Shown piece after piece: positions 61,201-64,000 of a stretch of DNA of 64,000 bases. Location of the stretch: positions 143,568-207,567 of the forward strand of contig CAVVRY010000014.1 in the NCBI GenBank assembly GCA_963750735.1. The letters run 5' to 3'. Below the pieces are notes generated by a model. It was not told the origin of the DNA and searched no databases. It worked only from the letters and a program-made list of their open reading frames with translations. The stretch comes from an uncultured Bacteroidales bacterium (GTDB taxonomy: Bacteria > Bacteroidota > Bacteroidia > Bacteroidales > VadinHA17). Within the stretch, counting starts at the first letter, position 1. Each line of letters starts with the position of its first letter. The position numbers were made by a program, and so were the translations under genes.

Positions 61201-63739
61201 TGGAATTTATCCATTTCGAAGTAGCATCAGCATCCAGCAGATTACCTCCAATAGAAATGCTTCCTTCATTTACGATTGTTACTGATGATCCCAGGGTCAG
61301 GTTACTAGTCGTCAGTGAAAGAACAGCAGTAGGAGCAATAGTTTTATCCCCAGAGGTAATATCAACATCCTCGCTTATTGTTCCAATTCCATCAATTATT
61401 TTATCAACTCCATCAAGATATAGGGTATTAGAACCATTACCCCAATAAGTTCCGTTATTTGTAAAATCTCCATAGATATAAAAATTCCTATTCCTTGAAT
61501 CTAGGTCACCATTAATCTCAATAATTAGGTTGTTAATTTCTCGGGGCTGACCATTTGGAAGGGTCACTGAATGCCCACCATTTATCCTGACATTTTCAGT
61601 TGGTAAAGGAATGCAACCACAATCCCAGGTGCCAGTACTGCTCCATGATCCGGAATTAATACTTTCAATTATTACATATTTATTTACATTTAGGTTCTCA
61701 GCAGGAGCTGCTGTATAACCAGGTTTTTGGGCAACTACACTAACTGTACCCAAACCGGCGCTTCCCCAATCAATTGTTATGCTATTCGTGTTTCCACCCG
61801 AAGCCTGACTTCCACCTGTAATGGTCCAGTAATATAAATATCCCGACTGTAATGGCACAGAGTAAGTCACGCCGTTGGTATTTTCAGAAATTGAGGATCT
61901 ACCAGTTATTGAAATCGGTGCTACTGAATGAATGGTTACAGGAAGAAGTACAGGTGCACTGTTTGTACAAGTATTGGATTCTACTACCTGGACATAAGCA
62001 TTGTCCATACCTGTGGCTCCCCAGTTTACAGTAATACTGTTTGTATTGGTTCCTGATGCCTGGCTTCCACCAAATATAGTCCAGGAATATGTGTTTGGAG
62101 GATTATTTATAACTGAATAACTAACTCCTGTCTGACTGATATCCACTTCAATGGCTCCAGTAATTGCAGAGGCTATTGGTCGTGAGCAGTTTGTGGAATC
62201 TCCCAGAGCAAATTCAGCTGGTAAAGTACCTAATCCAACCCGATTGACCAGGGAACCAGTAGCATCTAAATGGGTACCATCGGTAACCCATGAACTCCCT
62301 GAGTTTGGCCTTGATAATATTCTCGTAGCAGCGTTAATTGGGAAAGAGGTCAATCCATTTCCATCCAGGGATAGATCGAAAGTATTTGCACCTCCAAGGT
62401 TAAATCCATTTAATTCGCTTAAAGTCCAGTAACCCTCAACAAACGTATTGTGTATGGTTATTGTACCGTCAACCAGGGGTAATCCATTATTTCCAGGATC
62501 ATTTTCAATGAACTCTGAGATAACACTTCCGCCTGAATTCAGGCCATTTAAAGTAAAATATATCGTTTTCTGACTGGAGGAACCTACAGGGAAAATAACA
62601 GTACCGGTAGAGTTTATCCATCTTTCAAATTTTCCATTTATATAACCAGATATAGGATTTAATGTGCCAACTGAAACTGTGCTGGTTCCCAGTGTTAGTT
62701 TGTTCGATCCAGTTTGTACATTCCCACCTGATAGCTGAAGTGTGTTTGATGCGACTACATCGTTTGCAAGGACTAAATTTCCGCCAGATTTATTGACGAT
62801 TAATCTATAAAAAGTTTCTATTGTCGAATTTGTTATTGTTTGGTCGGAAGCTCCTGAAAAGATAACATCTCCAGTACCTTCATCAAAAAGGGATTCATTC
62901 GTCCAATTTCCAGCCACATTTATATTGTAGTTATTACTAACTAGCGTGGGGGAATTGTTAATTTCCATATTTCCAGCCAAGATCAAATCTGAGCCCATAT
63001 TCTTATTGCCGGATCCACTAATATTAAGGTTGTAATAGGTATTGGATGAGGGGCTTTTTACAGTTTGTAGCCCAGTATTGTTATATGATACAGTATTGCC
63101 AGTTGAAGAAGCGCTTAAAATACCATTTAAGAGAAGTACTCCATTTATTGTAAGATAAGAATCATTGGAGTTGGTCCAAATTGAAGTAGTGGCATTTGTA
63201 CCAACCATATCTCCACTAATCTCAACCGCTCCATTGTTTGTGACAGTTACCGCTGAGCCAATATTTACTGGGCCAGAGATAAACAAATCAGCTGAACTAC
63301 TCACGCTCAGATTGGAATTTATTCGAAAGTAAGCTCCAGTTCCGTTAATAATAATGTTTCCAAGCCCATCCAATACGCCTCCGGTGAGTATTAAATCACT
63401 ACCAGCAGCAACTTTTGAAGTATATGTTCCGTTAACTGTAAGATTTCCAGATACTCTCGTGATTCGATTGTCACCATTTAAAATACCACCTGCATCGATC
63501 GTCAGATTTTGTATTCTGGCACCCTGTGCACCGTTCACATTATTGGTTACTGTTGTTCCATTTGCAATAATTGCATGATCATTTATCCCTGGGGAAGATC
63601 CCAGGTCCCAGGTTGACCCAGAAGTCCAGTTTCCTGATTGAATGGAAGTGTAGGTGGTTTGACTAAAAGAGGCTTTGAAATTTCCTGAAATTATCAGAAT
63701 CAAACTTATTAGTAAAAAGAACTTAATTCTTGATGGCAT
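58091..63739 (-). CDS. giant adhesin, N-terminal fragment (signal peptide, duplicated beta-helix-like region, first ~9 Ig-like modules)
   Basis: 1882-aa ORF. It ends where the module sequence GTF(A/G)(G/S)LSANNYTV switches to out-of-frame RFPVSEQLYSQSKRCRPMYL*. Confidence 0.9.
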   Translation of the reverse strand: MPSRIKFFLLISLILIISGNFKASFSQTTYTSIQSGNWTSGSTWDLGSSPGINDHAIIANGTTVTNNVNGAQGARIQNLTIDAGGILNGDNRITRVSGNLTVNGTYTSKVAAGSDLILTGGVLDGLGNIIINGTGAYFRINSNLSVSSSADLFISGPVNIGSAVTVTNNGAVEISGDMVGTNATTSIWTNSNDSYLTINGVLLLNGILSASSTGNTVSYNNTGLQTVKSPSSNTYYNLNISGSGNKNMGSDLILAGNMEINNSPTLVSNNYNINVAGNWTNESLFDEGTGDVIFSGASDQTITNSTIETFYRLIVNKSGGNLVLANDVVASNTLQLSGGNVQTGSNKLTLGTSTVSVGTLNPISGYINGKFERWINSTGTVIFPVGSSSQKTIYFTLNGLNSGGSVISEFIENDPGNNGLPLVDGTITIHNTFVEGYWTLSELNGFNLGGANTFDLSLDGNGLTSFPINAATRILSRPNSGSSWVTDGTHLDATGSLVNRVGLGTLPAEFALGDSTNCSRPIASAITGAIEVDISQTGVSYSVINNPPNTYSWTIFGGSQASGTNTNSITVNWGATGMDNAYVQVVESNTCTNSAPVLLPVTIHSVAPISITGRSSISENTNGVTYSVPLQSGYLYYWTITGGSQASGGNTNSITIDWGSAGLGTVSVVAQKPGYTAAPAENLNVNKYVIIESINSGSWSSTGTWDCGCIPLPTENVRINGGHSVTLPNGQPREINNLIIEINGDLDSRNRNFYIYGDFTNNGTYWGNGSNTLYLDGVDKIIDGIGTISEDVDITSGDKTIAPTAVLSLTTSNLTLGSSVTIVNEGSISIGGNLLDADATSKWINSTNSNLEVSGTLMTSNGVLDATATGNTVVYNGAAAQNIKDPLSSTYYNISFDQAGTKTMVSNLTVLGNLTILNGSLDVSAANNYSINLGGDFSLLGGSFLQQSGTVTFDGTADQTTTGILSFNNLTANKLSGSILLNSNVNIGSTGTLTMNSGNIFTQGNILQIGTAAGAGTEGTLVHSAGTVIGQIQRWAGSTGTDYLFPIGTASSYRPAIVNFTNLNGGALIAEFIAADPGSAGLPLVDVATTVTNQFTDGYWDFSVAGGLTTTDYNLELLAQDFTSRQVNINTRILKRTNAGNWTFDGTHVDASNPSVYRNNLTGGITTSTQFGLGFVCAPFTVSEFITNVTCFGGSNGEINLTVSDGTAPYSFVWTNSETTEDISGLTAGGYGVTVTDANGCITNGLYSVTQPAAISISESVTNVTCNGGNNGEIDITISGGTAPFNILWSTIDGSGVVTTDEDQTGLTAGTYTVLIQDVNGCIGTKDIVVTEPLSLAGSISSQTNVACFGDATGTVTVAGSDGTAPYEYSIDGGATYQASGTFGTLSANNYTITVRDAALCTFDIAVTITQPATALSGGISSQINVACFGGANGSVTVAGSDGTAPYEYSIDGGTTYQASGTFAGLSANNYTVRVRDAGLCTFDVAVIITEPAVALSGSITAQTNVACFGDATGSVTVIGTDGTPPYQFTIDGGTTYQGAGTFNSLSANNYTVTIRDANLCTFDVAVNISQPGSPLSGSIGSQTNVSCFGDASGSVTINGSGGTPGYLYSIDGGTTYQGSGTFGSLSANNYTVRIQDTNLCTFDVALNITQPATALTGSISAQTNVACFGGADGSVTIAGSGGTAPYQYSINGGSTYQVSGTFTGLSANNYTVRIRDNNSCIYDVAVTITQPATALSGNIDSQTNVACFGDASGSVSVSGLGGTSPYTYSLDGAPYQASGTYSGLTAQSYLVIVRDLNGCIYNVNITITQPAAPLTGSISSQSNVACFGDATGIVTVAGSDGTAPYEYSIDGGTTYQASGTFRFPVSEQLYSQSKRCRPMYL

Positions 63740-64000
63740 ATGATTTTGAAAATATCTTCGTAATTCTTTAATTAAATTTCCATTTTGACTAAAAAACTGC
63801 CAGAAGTTTCATTCTTTATTCAGTAGGTCATTGTTGTAATTATATTTTCATACGGAAAAATGAGAAAAGGTTAAAAAAATTATAACTCTCAGCTAATAAT
63901 TAATGCTTAATAAATTGGCAATATGGAACTTAGCTTACATTTCTTTTGGTTCTGAAAGGATGATGCATTTGGAGGTAATAAAGACTCATTTATCAACGAA

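Larger units (their letters stand above)
42320..63739 (-). pseudogene. sprB: SprB-like giant cell-surface adhesin (T9SS type-B cargo), ~7,140 codons, reading frame interrupted at least 20 times as sequenced
   Basis: Signal peptide at 63739 (MPSRIKFFLLISLILIISGNFKASFSQ). All minus-strand ORFs down to 42320 abut or overlap and encode the same ~80-aa modules, each carrying a CxG..(D/N)G...V..SGGT..(Y) SprB-repeat motif. The C-terminus IPKVFTPNGDGFNDTWQIRG...ITGNVTIIL is the gliding-motility-associated (type B) C-terminal domain. Confidence 0.85.

Noticed and set aside
55314-63578. Plus-strand ORFs inside the adhesin gene (55314..55508, 60741..60956, 61158..61448, 61852..62034, 62151..62432, 63354..63578) and the alternative-frame minus ORFs 50663..50875, 58519..58734 and 42373..42663
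   Set aside because: They are shadow ORFs within a strongly supported coding frame, with low-complexity translations and no motifs. They repeat only because the underlying DNA repeats.
42320-63739. Higher GC content of the giant gene than its flanks, as a sign of horizontal acquisition
   Set aside because: The composition is explained by the Gly/Ala/Thr/Ser/Pro-rich module sequence. No integrase, tRNA or direct repeats lie at the borders, and the cognate sprF-like gene has ordinary local composition.
1-64000. Search for mobile elements, prophage, defence islands, tRNA or rRNA genes
   Set aside because: No transposase, integrase, recombinase, reverse transcriptase, restriction-modification, Cas or toxin-antitoxin-like motifs appear in any listed ORF. 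I noticed no tRNA- or rRNA-like sequence in the larger intergenic regions. This absence was judged by eye only, without tRNAscan or covariance-model tools.

Overview
Low-GC chromosomal segment of Bacteroidota type, judged from T9SS C-terminal sorting domains, a PorP/SprF gene, a TonB-dependent receptor, lipoprotein signals and a sigma-54 two-component pair. Positions 1-41.3 kb are mostly ordinary core or accessory genes. In order these are: a ribA tail, fmt (with an in-frame TGA), a LysM glucosaminidase, cdd, an RluA-type pseudouridine synthase, panB, dnaK, a MORN-variant protein and a T9SS-secreted S8 peptidase. Next come xseA and xseB separated by two tandem TPR histidine kinases, a cNMP-binding-domain::aspartase fusion, and a 1176-aa multi-PAS hybrid kinase. 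They are followed by a TPP-riboswitch-controlled TonB receptor (frameshifted), a thioredoxin, a URO-D-family protein, a GH130 phosphorylase, a PMI-like protein, a CCA-type nucleotidyltransferase, an EEP-family protein paired with a beta-helix lipoprotein, and an amidohydrolase. The last unit is a HlyD/ABC-ATPase/97-aa ORF/TolC operon that has no permease gene, with a divergent NtrC/NtrB-like pair. Positions 41.3-63.7 kb form one locus: a PorP/SprF gene directly downstream of a ~21.4-kb (~7,100-codon) SprB-like giant adhesin gene on the minus strand. That gene has an N-terminal signal peptide, a duplicated beta-helix-like N-terminal region, ~22 copies of a 240-bp module, ~40 near-identical copies of a 243-bp module and a type-B T9SS C-terminal domain. 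As given, its frame is broken at least 20 times. The breaks sit mainly at the sites where repeat copies differ, so repeat-assembly or polishing error is my leading explanation, with real decay or phase variation as the alternative. I saw no rRNA, tRNA, CRISPR array, transposase, integrase or recognisable defence system. All family assignments rest on motifs I can read by eye; no database search was run.
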